From Polyangiaceae bacterium (GTDB lineage: Bacteria > Myxococcota_A > Polyangia > Polyangiales > Polyangiaceae): a DNA stretch of 64,000 nucleotides. Shown piece after piece: positions 10,785 through 20,961 of the stretch; positions within the stretch are counted from its first letter, which is position 1; every line of letters starts with the position of its first letter. The translations under genes were made by a program, and so were the position numbers. The stretch lies in assembly GCA_050287085.1 (NCBI GenBank), contig JBNKBE010000008.1:84431-148430 (forward strand), given 5' to 3'. The notes below the pieces were generated by a model. It saw only the letters and a program-made list of their open reading frames with translations. It was not told where the DNA came from and did no database searches.

Positions 10785-11813
10785 CTACCCCTCCACCGTC
10801 CAGGTCTCGCCGGAGTGCAGGAGAGCTGTTAGATCACCGGCGCCGGGCGCTGCCGTGGCGCGCGCGACCTGAGCGTGGACGACCCCCTCGTAGGTGTCGC
10901 CCTCGCCAGCGCGGCAATATAACACTCCGAGCGCGACCGGGAACGCGGGAAATGGCATTCGCGCTAGAAGTGTGGCCAGCAGCAGGTTGTGTTCGTCGTG
11001 AACCAAGATTTCGGAGGCGGGCACGCCCCCGTCGCCCACGTTGACGACTTCCAAGCAGAGCTCCTGATGGTTCAGTCGGAGCCCTTTCGAGCCGTCTTCA
11101 CCAAAGAGCATCGGCTTGCCGTGTTCGAGCAGCAGCTGGTGATCGGGCTGATTGACTTTCTCGCGGAAGAGATCAAAGGCACCGTCGTTGAAGACGTTGC
11201 AGTTCTGGTAGATCTCGATGAATGACGTTCCGGTGTGCTCAGCCGCACGCGTGATCACGGACGTAAGGTGTTTTGCCTCCACATCGACGCTGCGTGCGAC
11301 GAATCCGGCGTTGCAACCCAGCGCAAAGGCACACGGCTCGATCGGCGAGTCAGCCGAGCCCATGGGGGTGCTCTTGGTGACCTTGCCGACCTCACTCGTG
11401 GGTGAGTACTGCCCTTTGGTCAGTCCGTAGATGCGGTTGTTGAACATCAGGATGTTGATGTCCACGTTCCGCCGCAGGCAATGCATGAGGTGATTGCCGC
11501 CAATGCTCAAACCGTCACCATCTCCGGTGACCATCCACACCGTCAGCTCAGGGTTGGCGACCTTGATTCCAGTTGCCAGGGCCGGCGCTCGCCCATGGAT
11601 GGTGTGGAATCCGTACGTATTCATGTAATACGGAAAGCGGCTGCTGCAGCCGATGCCGCTGACCCAAACCATGTTGTCGGGGCCGACGCCGAGCGCTGGC
11701 AAGGTTCGCTGTACAGCGGCCAAAATGGCGTAGTCGCCGCACCCCGGACACCAGCGGATGTCTTGATCACTGGCGAAGTCTTTGCGCGTGAGTGTTTCGA
11801 TAAGCTGGGTCAT
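10785..11813 (-). CDS. 2-oxoacid:ferredoxin oxidoreductase beta subunit
   Basis: WCPGCG, SGIGCSSR, GDGD (TPP-binding), IYGLTKGQYSPT. Confidence 0.95.
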   Translation of the reverse strand: MTQLIETLTRKDFASDQDIRWCPGCGDYAILAAVQRTLPALGVGPDNMVWVSGIGCSSRFPYYMNTYGFHTIHGRAPALATGIKVANPELTVWMVTGDGDGLSIGGNHLMHCLRRNVDINILMFNNRIYGLTKGQYSPTSEVGKVTKSTPMGSADSPIEPCAFALGCNAGFVARSVDVEAKHLTSVITRAAEHTGTSFIEIYQNCNVFNDGAFDLFREKVNQPDHQLLLEHGKPMLFGEDGSKGLRLNHQELCLEVVNVGDGGVPASEILVHDEHNLLLATLLARMPFPAFPVALGVLYCRAGEGDTYEGVVHAQVARATAAPGAGDLTALLHSGETWTVEG

Positions 11814-13666
11814 TGGGGGCTCCCACCCTCGATAATGGAGTCGATCCGGGTCGTGAGTTCTTCGACACGGAACGGCTGTCCTTCGATCTTCGGATAGCTT
11901 TCAGCGTCCACGAGGAACTCGCTCCGGAGCACTCGCACGAGCTGGCCAAGATTCATCTCCGGTACCAAGACGCGCCCGAAGCGGCGCATCAGGGGTTCCA
12001 GACCACGAGGCAGCGGGCTCAGCGAGCGCAGGTGTACGTGACTGACGCTCTGGCCCTTGGCGCGAGCCCGTCGTACCGCCTCACGGATTGCGCCGTAGGT
12101 GCTGCCCCAACCGATGAGCAATAGGTCTCCCTCAGGGGCTCCTTCTTCGATGCACGCTTCAGGAAGCCACTGCGCAATACGCTCGATCTTCTCGGCGCGC
12201 ACCTCGCTCATCTTCTGATGGTTCTTGGGGTCGTAGGAGATGTTGCCGCTGTTGTAATCGCGCTCGATACCACCGATGCGGTGCGCAAGACCGGCCATGC
12301 CGGGCGTCGCCCAGGGCCGCGCCAGCGTGTCGGCGTCCCTCAGGAAGGGGTGAAATCCGTCTCTCTCGATGGGGCGACTTTCGGGGAAGGGCTCCAGCGA
12401 TCCGACATCCGGAATGCGCCACGGCTCCGCGCCGTTGGCTAGATAGCCGTCGGAGAGTAGGATCACGGGGGTCATATGACGAATGGCCACCCGGGCTGCT
12501 TGTAGGGCCCAGTCGAAGCACTCCCCTGGGGTTGCGGGCGCTAGAACGCAAACCGGGGCTTCGCCGTTGCGGCCGTAGAGCGCCTGCAGCAAGTCCGCCT
12601 GTTCGGTCTTGGTCGGCATGCCCGTAGACGGCCCCGCGCGCTGGACGTTGAGGACAACCAGCGGCAGTTCAGTCGCGACCGCAAGTCCGATCGCCTCGCC
12701 CTTGAGGGCCATTCCGGGGCCGCTGGTGCTGGTGACGCCGAGCCGACCGCTGTACGAAGCGCCAATCGCTGCACAAACAGCCGCAATCTCGTCTTCAGCT
12801 TGCACCGTTACGACGTTGAAGCCCTTGTGACGGCTGAGTTCGTGCAGGACGTCGGATGCGGGGGTGATCGGATACGAGCCGAGGACGATGCCGCGGCCGC
12901 TCAGTTGCGCTGCCGCGACAAGTCCCCAAGCCGTGGCTTGGTTGCCCGAGATGTTGCGATAGGTTCCTGCTGCCAGAGGCGCCTTGGGCACCACAAAGCG
13001 CTCGTGGGAGAGCTCAAGCGTCTCGCCGTACGCATACCCTGCACGCAGCGCTGCCGTGTTGGCACGCACCAACTCATCGCGTTTGCTGAACTTGCTGGCG
13101 ACCCACTTTTCGGTGGCCTCCAGCGGACGCGTGTAGAGCCAATACATCAGCCCAAGGGTCCAGAAGTTCTTGCAGCGGTTGGCCTCTTTGGTGCTGAGTC
13201 CAACCGATTCTACGGCAGACAGGGTTTGCCGCGTGATGTCGACGGCAATCACCTGATAGCCCGCGAGGGAGCCGTCGTTGAGCGGGTTCTCGGCGTAGCC
13301 GGCCTTCTTCAGATTGCCGCTCGAAAAGGCGCCGGTATTGACGACGAGCAAAGCACCTTGGGGTAGCGCCGGCAAGTTGGTCTTGAGGGCGGCTGGGTTC
13401 ATGGCGACCAGGGCGTCAGCTCTGTCACCGGCGGTGAACACCGTGTCTGATGCAAAGTGCACTTGGAAGCCGCTGACCCCGTATAGGGTTCCGGCCGGCG
13501 CTCGGATCTCGGCGGGAAAGTCGGGGAATGTCGCGAGATCATTGCCGACTAGCGCCGACGTGCTCGTGAACTGTGCCCCGGTGATCTGCATGCCATCGCC
13601 AGAGTCCCCGGCGAAGCGAACGACCGCGCGCGTGAGCGTATGGCTGGGTCGAGTTTCAGTGTTCAT
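11810..13666 (-). CDS. 2-oxoacid:acceptor oxidoreductase alpha subunit (gamma-alpha fusion)
   Basis: FAGDSGDGMQ, YPITP, EDEIAA, TSGPG, QRAGPSTGMPT; ATGA overlap with the beta gene. Confidence 0.95.
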   Translation of the reverse strand: MNTETRPSHTLTRAVVRFAGDSGDGMQITGAQFTSTSALVGNDLATFPDFPAEIRAPAGTLYGVSGFQVHFASDTVFTAGDRADALVAMNPAALKTNLPALPQGALLVVNTGAFSSGNLKKAGYAENPLNDGSLAGYQVIAVDITRQTLSAVESVGLSTKEANRCKNFWTLGLMYWLYTRPLEATEKWVASKFSKRDELVRANTAALRAGYAYGETLELSHERFVVPKAPLAAGTYRNISGNQATAWGLVAAAQLSGRGIVLGSYPITPASDVLHELSRHKGFNVVTVQAEDEIAAVCAAIGASYSGRLGVTSTSGPGMALKGEAIGLAVATELPLVVLNVQRAGPSTGMPTKTEQADLLQALYGRNGEAPVCVLAPATPGECFDWALQAARVAIRHMTPVILLSDGYLANGAEPWRIPDVGSLEPFPESRPIERDGFHPFLRDADTLARPWATPGMAGLAHRIGGIERDYNSGNISYDPKNHQKMSEVRAEKIERIAQWLPEACIEEGAPEGDLLLIGWGSTYGAIREAVRRARAKGQSVSHVHLRSLSPLPRGLEPLMRRFGRVLVPEMNLGQLVRVLRSEFLVDAESYPKIEGQPFRVEELTTRIDSIIEGGSPQ

Positions 13667-13827
13667 GATGCGAAGTCCTGTGAAGGCATGGCTTTACTAT
13701 GGGTGACGGGACCTGGTTGCGCACGAATTCGAGTTCGCTGTAGCCGCCTCAAGCGAACACGGATCCGGTTGGCCGTGCTGCGGTCCGCCGCTGCAGCGCT
13801 GAGCCCCTGCGTTGTGACCGGTGCGGC

Positions 13828-14271
13828 TCAGCTAGCAAGTTGACGATCGAGCAGACCGGCTAGCCGCGGTGTTGCGGCCTCCACGTGCTTCTCGGCGGTG
13901 GGGCGCAGCTTGCTGTACGTCTTCTTGATCACTGCCCGTTGGGCTCGCTCTACCCGTCGATCGGTGACGGCAAGCAGCGCATTGGCTGCGTCGGAGCCAT
14001 GGGAGCGCATGTAGTCGCCAGGACTGGCTTGGGCGGCGACGGCAGCCTGGTTGATGGGCTCAAGCGCCTCGAGGAAGTCGTCGAGCAAGCCGTCCACCAC
14101 TTCGGTGATGAACCCTGGCTTGATGTTCTTGACCACGCCAAAGGCGCCTTTTATCGCCATGCCGCTCAGCCCACTCTTCCCGGCGACCTCCAGGTCCAAG
14201 ACCTCGCAGGCGTCCTTGATCACGGCCTGGCGCTTCTCGCCTTGGCCCAGCAGTTCTTTCAGGGTGGTCAT
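13828..14271 (-). CDS. Conserved hypothetical protein (DUF6918-like)
   Basis: EVAGKSGLSGMAIK...LLAVTDRR...YSKLRPTAEKHVEAA pattern recognised from memory. Confidence 0.7.
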   Translation of the reverse strand: MTTLKELLGQGEKRQAVIKDACEVLDLEVAGKSGLSGMAIKGAFGVVKNIKPGFITEVVDGLLDDFLEALEPINQAAVAAQASPGDYMRSHGSDAANALLAVTDRRVERAQRAVIKKTYSKLRPTAEKHVEAATPRLAGLLDRQLAS

Positions 14272-14604
14272 GCTTGTCGCTCTACTCGCGCAGACTTTTG
14301 CCGGCAAGCCGGAGAGGTGTCAATCGCTGCCTAGCGGCCGGCTTCCGAGCTCCCCGTCGCTGGAGTGTGACGGCAATAGGCCTCTTGGCCAGAGGCGGAC
14401 CCTCTCAACTGATGCACGACGACTAGTCGACGGATGGTTTGCTGGAAGCCGGTGGTCGCTGTGGTAGCCTCTTCACCGTCCCGAGGGGGAGAATGGCCCG
14501 AGGGGGAGAATGGGCTTTGATTTCCGGCGGGGTGACCGACAGGCGGCAGTGGTCGCCGCGATCGGGCTTGCGTTGCCGGACGCGAGCGAGGACGAAACTC
14601 AGCA

Positions 14605-16005
14605 GTGGCGACAACATCAGACAAGCAACCGGACGGTGGGGAAGCCCAAGCGAAAATCCTCGTGGTCGACGATCAGCGCAATATGCGCTGCACCCTGGCT
14701 ATGATGCTGCGCGGGGCGGGGCACGAGGTCGACGAAGCCGACAGCGGCGAAATGGGGAAGGAATTGGGGTCGACTGGCGCCTACGACGTGGTTCTTACGG
14801 ACCTGCGCATGGGAGGCGCTGACGGCATCGACGTGCTGCGGGCTGTCAAGCACAGCCAGCCGCTGACGGAGGTCATTGTGATGACCGCGTACGGCACCAT
14901 CGAAAGCGCCGTCGAAGCCATGCGCCTCGGTGCTTTTGACTACATCCAGAAGCCGTTCACGGAGGAAGAGCTGACCGTGAAGGTGCACAAGGCCCTGCAG
15001 ACGCGGCGCCTTCAGGGGCAGGTACAGCTCTTCGCTCAGGAATTCAAAGAGAAGTATCATTTCGACAACATCGTGGGCCGCTCGCATGCCATGCGCGACT
15101 TGCTCGGGCGGGTGGTGCGAGTAGCCCCCACCGATGCCAATGTTCTGATCACGGGCGAGAGTGGTACCGGCAAGGAGTTGATTGCACGTGCGGTCCACGC
15201 CAATAGCCGCCGCTCGCAGAAGCCCTTCGTCACCGTCAACTGCGCGGCGATCAGCGAAACACTCCTGGAGAGTGAGCTCTTTGGCCACGCGCGCGGCGCG
15301 TTCACTGGCGCGGTTTCGGCGCGCAAGGGCCTGTTTGAAGAAGCCGCGGGAGGAACCTTCTTTTTTGACGAAATTGCGGAGACGACTCCGCCGTTTCAGG
15401 CGAAGCTATTGCGAGCGATTCAAGAAGGGGAGGTGCGACGCCTGGGTGAGAATAAGACCGTCCACGTCGACATTCGCGTGGTGGCGGCGACCAATGTTGA
15501 ACTGACGGAAGCCGTCAAAGAACGACGTTTCCGTCAGGATCTGTTCTATCGTTTGAACGTGGCTCGATTTACGCTGCCGCCGCTCCGCGAGCGGCCGGAA
15601 GATATCCCCCTGCTGGCGCACTTCTTTCTCGATAAGTACAATCGCAAGATGGGGCTTAACGCTCGGCTGGCGGACAATGTCATGGATCAGTTGCTGCAGT
15701 ACTCGTTCCCAGGCAATGTGCGCGAGTTGGAAAACCTCGTGGAGCAAGCGGTTGCATTTTCCGGGGGTGGCTTGATCAGCGTTGACGACATCATACCGAG
15801 CCAGCCGGAAAGCCCGCGCCGGCGTAGCGCCGGACGGACCTTGTCTGACCTGGTGGACGACGCGGAGCGGGAGGCCGTGCAGCGGGCGCTCGCGGCCCAC
15901 GACGGCAATCGGGAGCGCGCCGCGGAAGCGCTGGGTATCAGTCCCACCACGCTCTGGCGCAAGATGACGCGCCTCGACATCAGTTTCGATTCCGGCGTGA
16001 AGTAG
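14605..16005 (+). CDS. NtrC-family sigma-54-dependent response regulator
   Basis: REC domain (VVDD, LTDLRM), GESGTGKE, GAFTGA, PGNVREL, C-terminal Fis-type HTH. Confidence 0.95.
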   Translation: MATTSDKQPDGGEAQAKILVVDDQRNMRCTLAMMLRGAGHEVDEADSGEMGKELGSTGAYDVVLTDLRMGGADGIDVLRAVKHSQPLTEVIVMTAYGTIESAVEAMRLGAFDYIQKPFTEEELTVKVHKALQTRRLQGQVQLFAQEFKEKYHFDNIVGRSHAMRDLLGRVVRVAPTDANVLITGESGTGKELIARAVHANSRRSQKPFVTVNCAAISETLLESELFGHARGAFTGAVSARKGLFEEAAGGTFFFDEIAETTPPFQAKLLRAIQEGEVRRLGENKTVHVDIRVVAATNVELTEAVKERRFRQDLFYRLNVARFTLPPLRERPEDIPLLAHFFLDKYNRKMGLNARLADNVMDQLLQYSFPGNVRELENLVEQAVAFSGGGLISVDDIIPSQPESPRRRSAGRTLSDLVDDAEREAVQRALAAHDGNRERAAEALGISPTTLWRKMTRLDISFDSGVK

Positions 16006-16234
16006 TTGCGCACCTCGCGGTAGTCGCTCCCAACGGTACGCGTCGGCAGCGGGGGTCGCTGTGCTGCCGACGTGGTCGCAGCGCAGCAGGGGTCGTCTGC
16101 AACGGCAATCGCTCCGCCGGGACCGTCGCCTTGGCAGACAAGTCTTGGAGCCGGGTGGGGTGGCGCGCGCTGGCGGCGGAGCTGCATTTTGCGTCGCTCC
16201 CTGGGGTGCAATTCTGTATACGCTGCCTCTGCTG

Positions 16235-17263
16235 ATGCTGCTTGCGGAACTCGACTACCACCTACCCTCGGAGCTCATCGCCGCGCGGCCGCCACCGGAG
16301 CGGGACGGAGCGCGCATGCTTGTTGTTCCAGAAGGACCTCCCGAGCACGCTTGGTTTCGTGATTGGCCCGAGCGCGTGCCGAGCGATGCCTTGGTGGTGC
16401 TCAATGACAGCCGGGTGATGCATTGCCGCTTGCTCGGGCAACGTGCCGAGACCGGAGGGAAGGTCGAATTGCTTCTGCTCGAGCCCGCGGCGGGGGGGCA
16501 GTGCTGGTTGGCTATGGCGCGGGCCAGCAAGCCGCTCCGGCGGGGTGATGTTGTACGGGTCGGAAACGCTCAGCTCGAGGTCGTTGACAAGGCAGAGGGA
16601 GGAACCTGGGTCATGAGCTCAAGTGTAGACTTTGGTGAGCTGATGGCCGAAGCGGGGCACGTGCCATTGCCCCCCTACGTGCGACGCCCGGACGAGTTGG
16701 CGGATCGCGATCGCTATCAGACGGTGTTCGCTCGCAGCTCCGGCTCTGCGGCAGCCCCCACGGCGGGCCTTCACTTGACGGAGGACACGCTCGGGCGTCT
16801 GCGTTCACGCGGCGTCGCCATTGCCTTTTCCACCCTGCATGTGGGCGCTGGCACCTTTCGCCCCGTTTCGGCAGCGCGCGTTGAGGACCACCCGATGCAT
16901 AGCGAGCACTACGAGATCGGCGAGCCGCTTGAAGAAGCGGTGCGCTGCGCCCGTCAACGCGGCGCTCCGATCATCGCCGTGGGCACGACGGTGGTGCGAG
17001 CGCTGGAAAGCGCCGCCACCGAAGATGGGCACGTCAGGTCGGGTTCGGCGCGAACCCGCTTGCTCATCACGCCTGGATACCGATTTCGCGTAGTGGACGC
17101 GTTGCTCACTAACTTTCATACGCCGAAGAGCACTCTGCTGGCTCTGGTGCAGGCGTTTGCGGGAAGCGATCGGATCCGACGAGCCTATGGCGAAGCCGTG
17201 GCGGCTCGCTATCGCTTCCTTTCTTACGGAGATGCAATGTGGATTCCGATGCGTCGAGACTGA
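16235..17263 (+). CDS. queA: S-adenosylmethionine:tRNA ribosyltransferase-isomerase
   Basis: DYHLPSELIA, PLPPY, AAPTAGLH, LHVGAGTF, TNFHTP, YRFLSYGDAM. Confidence 0.95.
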   Translation: MLLAELDYHLPSELIAARPPPERDGARMLVVPEGPPEHAWFRDWPERVPSDALVVLNDSRVMHCRLLGQRAETGGKVELLLLEPAAGGQCWLAMARASKPLRRGDVVRVGNAQLEVVDKAEGGTWVMSSSVDFGELMAEAGHVPLPPYVRRPDELADRDRYQTVFARSSGSAAAPTAGLHLTEDTLGRLRSRGVAIAFSTLHVGAGTFRPVSAARVEDHPMHSEHYEIGEPLEEAVRCARQRGAPIIAVGTTVVRALESAATEDGHVRSGSARTRLLITPGYRFRVVDALLTNFHTPKSTLLALVQAFAGSDRIRRAYGEAVAARYRFLSYGDAMWIPMRRD

Positions 17264-18375
17264 CCAGCTTTGAACTGATCACAACTAGCGGCCATGCCCG
17301 TCGTGGTCGACTCCGCACCGCGCATGGGGTCGTGGAACTTCCGGCGTTCATGCCGGTAGGAACCCAGGCTGGGGTCAAGGCGCTCTCGCCCGCTGAAGTC
17401 GAAGCGACGGGCGCGCGCATGCTGATCGCTAACACCTATCATCTCTGGCTGCGTCCCGGCGCGGAGCTCATCGCGGAACGCGGAGGGCTGCATGAGTTCA
17501 TGCGCTGGCCCCACGTGATCGCGACGGACTCGGGAGGCTTTCAGGCATTCTCTTTGGCCCAGCGCACCAAGATGACGGAACGAGGCTTCGAGTTTCAGTC
17601 GCATCTGGACGGCAGGCGCGTGCAGCTAACCCCGGAGGAGTCGATGCGGGTACAAGGCTTGTTGGGCTCCGATGTCGCGCTTCAGCTCGACGTTTGTGCT
17701 CCCGCCGGCGTCTCGCGCGCAGAGCTTGTGCAGGCCGTCGAACGGACCACGCGTTGGGCCGAACGCTGCGTGAGTGCAAAGTCCCCCGGTCAAGCCTTGT
17801 TCGGGATCGTGCAAGGGGGCCTGGATGTCGAACTGAGGCTGCGCCATGCGGAACAGCTCGAGGCGCTGCCGCTGGACGGTTTAGCCCTCGGCGGCTTTTC
17901 AGTGGGGGAGCCGCCCGCTCAGATGCATTCCGTTTTGAAACAAGTTGCTCCCCATCTTTGCCCCGGTCGGCCGCACTACTTGATGGGCGTAGGGACGCCA
18001 CAGGATCTGATCGTCGCAATCGGAGCTGGGGTGGACCTCTTCGATTGCGTGATGCCGACCCGCAATGCTCGCAACGGGCAGGTCTTCGTGCGGGGGGGCA
18101 AGTTGGTGATCAAGAATGCGGTCCACCGAGACGACGGGCGCGTGTTGGAAGAGGGATGCTCTTGCGCCACGTGTAGCGCCGGGTTCAGCCGTTCCTATCT
18201 GCGTCATCTCTTCGTCGCCGGCGAGATCTTGGCGCATCGATTGCTCTCAATCCACAATCTACACTTCTATCAGTCCTTGGTAGGGCAGGCGCGCAAGGCC
18301 ATTGAGGACCAGTGCTACGATGAATGGGCCGGTGAGCGACTGTCGGAGCTCGGGCTACCTTCGGCGCTGCCGTAA
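17239..18375 (+). CDS. tgt: tRNA-guanine transglycosylase
   Basis: FMPVGT, NTYHL, DSGGFQ, FDCVMPTRNAR, CxCxxC and HNL zinc ligands; exact start uncertain. Confidence 0.95.
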   Translation: MDSDASRLTSFELITTSGHARRGRLRTAHGVVELPAFMPVGTQAGVKALSPAEVEATGARMLIANTYHLWLRPGAELIAERGGLHEFMRWPHVIATDSGGFQAFSLAQRTKMTERGFEFQSHLDGRRVQLTPEESMRVQGLLGSDVALQLDVCAPAGVSRAELVQAVERTTRWAERCVSAKSPGQALFGIVQGGLDVELRLRHAEQLEALPLDGLALGGFSVGEPPAQMHSVLKQVAPHLCPGRPHYLMGVGTPQDLIVAIGAGVDLFDCVMPTRNARNGQVFVRGGKLVIKNAVHRDDGRVLEEGCSCATCSAGFSRSYLRHLFVAGEILAHRLLSIHNLHFYQSLVGQARKAIEDQCYDEWAGERLSELGLPSALP

Positions 18376-18559
18376 CCTTCTTCACTTTTCGTGCCACAGT
18401 CGAGTTGGCCGATTGGGGCGTTGGTGGGCGATTGGCGGACGCTGGAGATGCCACTAGCTTGCGGATGTCGGCTCCGCGCGGCAACCTAAGAGGCACTCTC
18501 TCTGTTGGACGAGTGGCAACCCGTGCAGATAGGGCAATCCGCTTCACTCCCAGGCTACA

Positions 18560-20203
18560 TTGCAGGACGAAAAGAAAGAACTCGCCAGGGTCACTCTCAA
18601 GAAGCGCGTAGTGGCGATCGACCCCGACGGACCCTATGCGTCCTCGCCGGAGGAGCTCGCCGCGTTAGGTGAACGGTGTGGCTGCGAGGCGCTCGACTTG
18701 TCGTCTCTGTGTTTGCCGCTGAGGTTGCTCGAGCTGATTCCAAGAGAGACAGCGGAAGCTCATTGCCTACTTCCGGTGCAGCTTATCGAGCAGCAGCTTT
18801 CCGTCGTCATGGCCGATCCATTGCGGCGGCGAGTGGTGGATGAGCTGGAGTTTGTAACCGGCAAGACGGTCAAGACCTTCGTGGCTCCGGAGAAGGATAT
18901 CCGAGAGACCATAGAGCGCGCGTACTTGCAGTTCCGTCGACACGAAGAGTTCTTTCAAGGACCCCGGTGCTCGGTATCGAACGCGGGTTCGACTGTGCCG
19001 CCGCCACTACCGACGGTGCATCAGTCGAGACCCCAGCCGGCCATCGCATTGGAAGGAGGCTTGGATGACCTAGCTCCGACTCCGGCTCCGGAGCTCAATG
19101 CGACCGGGAAGACGCAACTACTGGCTGTGCAAGAGAGGCACGAGCAAGCCGAAGCGTCGCCCGTGCGTCCGAACACGCCGGTGGCGGTTGGGGTAGAGGA
19201 TATTGCCCTTCTGGGTGACGGGCGCGGGGGTGACGGGCGCGGGGATGACGGGCGCGCGGGGGATGGGGGTGACGTCGAGCGTTTGGCGGAGGGGAGTGAC
19301 TCGGAGCGCACGGCGCCGTGGGGGGCTTTTGCGCCGGAGATCCCCGATCTGCAGCCGCGTCAGAGCTCGGGGGCGAAGCCGAGCCAGAGCGTGCGCTCGC
19401 AGGCTCCGACGCAGACGGGGGAGATCGCATCCAAGGCCGTCCCCGGCAATACCAACAGCGGAGTTGCACTGGTGATCGAGGACGATCCCGCGATCGCGAA
19501 GCTGATGGCGACGCTGTTGGGGCTGCGGGGCCTGGAGGTGAAGTTGGCTACCGACGGGCAGGAGGGGTTACGGCTGCTGAAGCGGGAGCGGCCGCGGCTC
19601 GTTGTGATCGACGGCATGCTTCCCGGCGTGCACGGTTTCGACATTGTTCGTCGCATGCGTGCAAGTTCCAGTTTTCGCGAAGTACCGGTCATCATTGTGA
19701 CGGCTGAACACCGAGGGTGGGAGTACGCTGAAGACTTGCGCACCAACTTCGGTGTCGAGCACTACTTGGAGAAGCCGTTCGAGACAGGCCGCTTTCTGCG
19801 AGCTTTGGACTCGGTATTGGGCCACGAGCCCGCGCCCATGAATGAGCAGGCCGCCGAGCAGCTCCGCGCTGGGATTGAGGCGTTCAAGGACGGCCAGCTA
19901 GATGCGGCGCAGCGGCATTTGGAGCAAGGGCTCGAACTCGATCCTTTTGCGTTCGAGCTGCACTTTCACCTGGGGCTGCTGCACGGCAAGCGCGGGCACG
20001 CCTTTGAGGCGATCACGGCCATCAAGCACGCAGTCGACCTCAATCCAGGCCATTTTTCCGCCGTTCGAAATCTGGCGGTGTTGTATCTGCGCGCCGGATT
20101 CCGGCGCAAAGCACAAGAGATGTGGCAGCGCGCGCTGGGACTTGCCCCCGACGAGGAAACGCGGAACACCATCCGCCAGCGCTTGGCGGGGTTCGGGGCC
20201 TGA
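18560..20203 (+). CDS. GSPII_N (PilB/GspE N-terminal)-REC-TPR signalling protein
   Basis: IPRETAEAHCLLPV...VMADP...DELEFVTG; receiver VIEDD...VIDGMLPG...KP; C-terminal TPR repeats. Confidence 0.8.
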   Translation: MQDEKKELARVTLKKRVVAIDPDGPYASSPEELAALGERCGCEALDLSSLCLPLRLLELIPRETAEAHCLLPVQLIEQQLSVVMADPLRRRVVDELEFVTGKTVKTFVAPEKDIRETIERAYLQFRRHEEFFQGPRCSVSNAGSTVPPPLPTVHQSRPQPAIALEGGLDDLAPTPAPELNATGKTQLLAVQERHEQAEASPVRPNTPVAVGVEDIALLGDGRGGDGRGDDGRAGDGGDVERLAEGSDSERTAPWGAFAPEIPDLQPRQSSGAKPSQSVRSQAPTQTGEIASKAVPGNTNSGVALVIEDDPAIAKLMATLLGLRGLEVKLATDGQEGLRLLKRERPRLVVIDGMLPGVHGFDIVRRMRASSSFREVPVIIVTAEHRGWEYAEDLRTNFGVEHYLEKPFETGRFLRALDSVLGHEPAPMNEQAAEQLRAGIEAFKDGQLDAAQRHLEQGLELDPFAFELHFHLGLLHGKRGHAFEAITAIKHAVDLNPGHFSAVRNLAVLYLRAGFRRKAQEMWQRALGLAPDEETRNTIRQRLAGFGA

Positions 20204-20262
20204 ACCCCGCCAAGGGGCGGCGGACACATCGCTTCGCAGAGCGTTTCCGACTTCTATAGTAC

Positions 20263-20299
20263 AAAAGCCCCATGCCGGCCCCGAAGGGCCGGCATGGGG
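20263..20299 (-). terminator. Terminator of rnpB
   Basis: Stem ccccatgccggccc / gggccggcatgggg with cgaa loop; aaaa on the + strand is a T-tract on the - strand. Confidence 0.8.
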
Positions 20300-20662
20300 G
20301 GACTCGTGTAAGCCGGGTTCTGTTGTCCTTGCGGACGACAATCATTCATCTACGATCGCGATCGCTCGCGACCTCTAGCAGCCTACCCAAGGGCGTCAGA
20401 CGAGCCGTCTTCGGGTGCCCTCCTATATGGCCTTGCTCCGGATGGGGTTTACCTTGCCACGGCGTGTTGCCACCCGTGCGGTGGGCTCTTACCCCACCGT
20501 TTCACCCTTACCGCGGCTCTGGTCATCGACCCTTAGCGCGGCGGTTTGTTTTCTGTGGCACTTTCCAAAGATCGCTCTCTCCGGGCGTTACCCGGCATCC
20601 TGCTCTGTGGAGCCCGGACTTTCCTCTCGCACGTTGCCGTGCCAGCGATTGTCACTGAATCC
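20300..20662 (-). ncRNA. rnpB: RNase P RNA, bacterial class A
   Basis: Minus strand contains GAGGAAAGUCCGGGC, GGAAAGUGCCACAGAAA, GGGUGAAACGG, CAGAACCCGGCUUA; the 5' and 3' ends pair. Confidence 0.97.
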
Positions 20663-20961
20663 GAGCGGGCCGTAGCACAGTGGGCAGACAAAGGGGAAGC
20701 GCACTCCTACCTGGTTGCAGCGCGGCTTCGTCGCCCTGCGGCCACTGCGAGCTCAAGAGAGCCAGAAACGAGACTTTACTGAGCCTGCGGGCGGCGGGTA
20801 CCAGCGATGTGTAGGGGGCCGAGCCGTATGAGCAGCTCAACCCAAAGCCGACCGGGCCCCATGACAGCCTCGACGTATCCGCTGCCGCTCGGAGTTGCGC
20901 CGAGCGGCAGCGAGGGCGGGGCTCCGGCGCCGCCCCTGCGACGGGACCAAAGCAGCCGGCG

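Noticed and set aside
20272..20782. Short ORFs overlapping 20300-20662
   Set aside because: The region is fully explained by RNase P RNA
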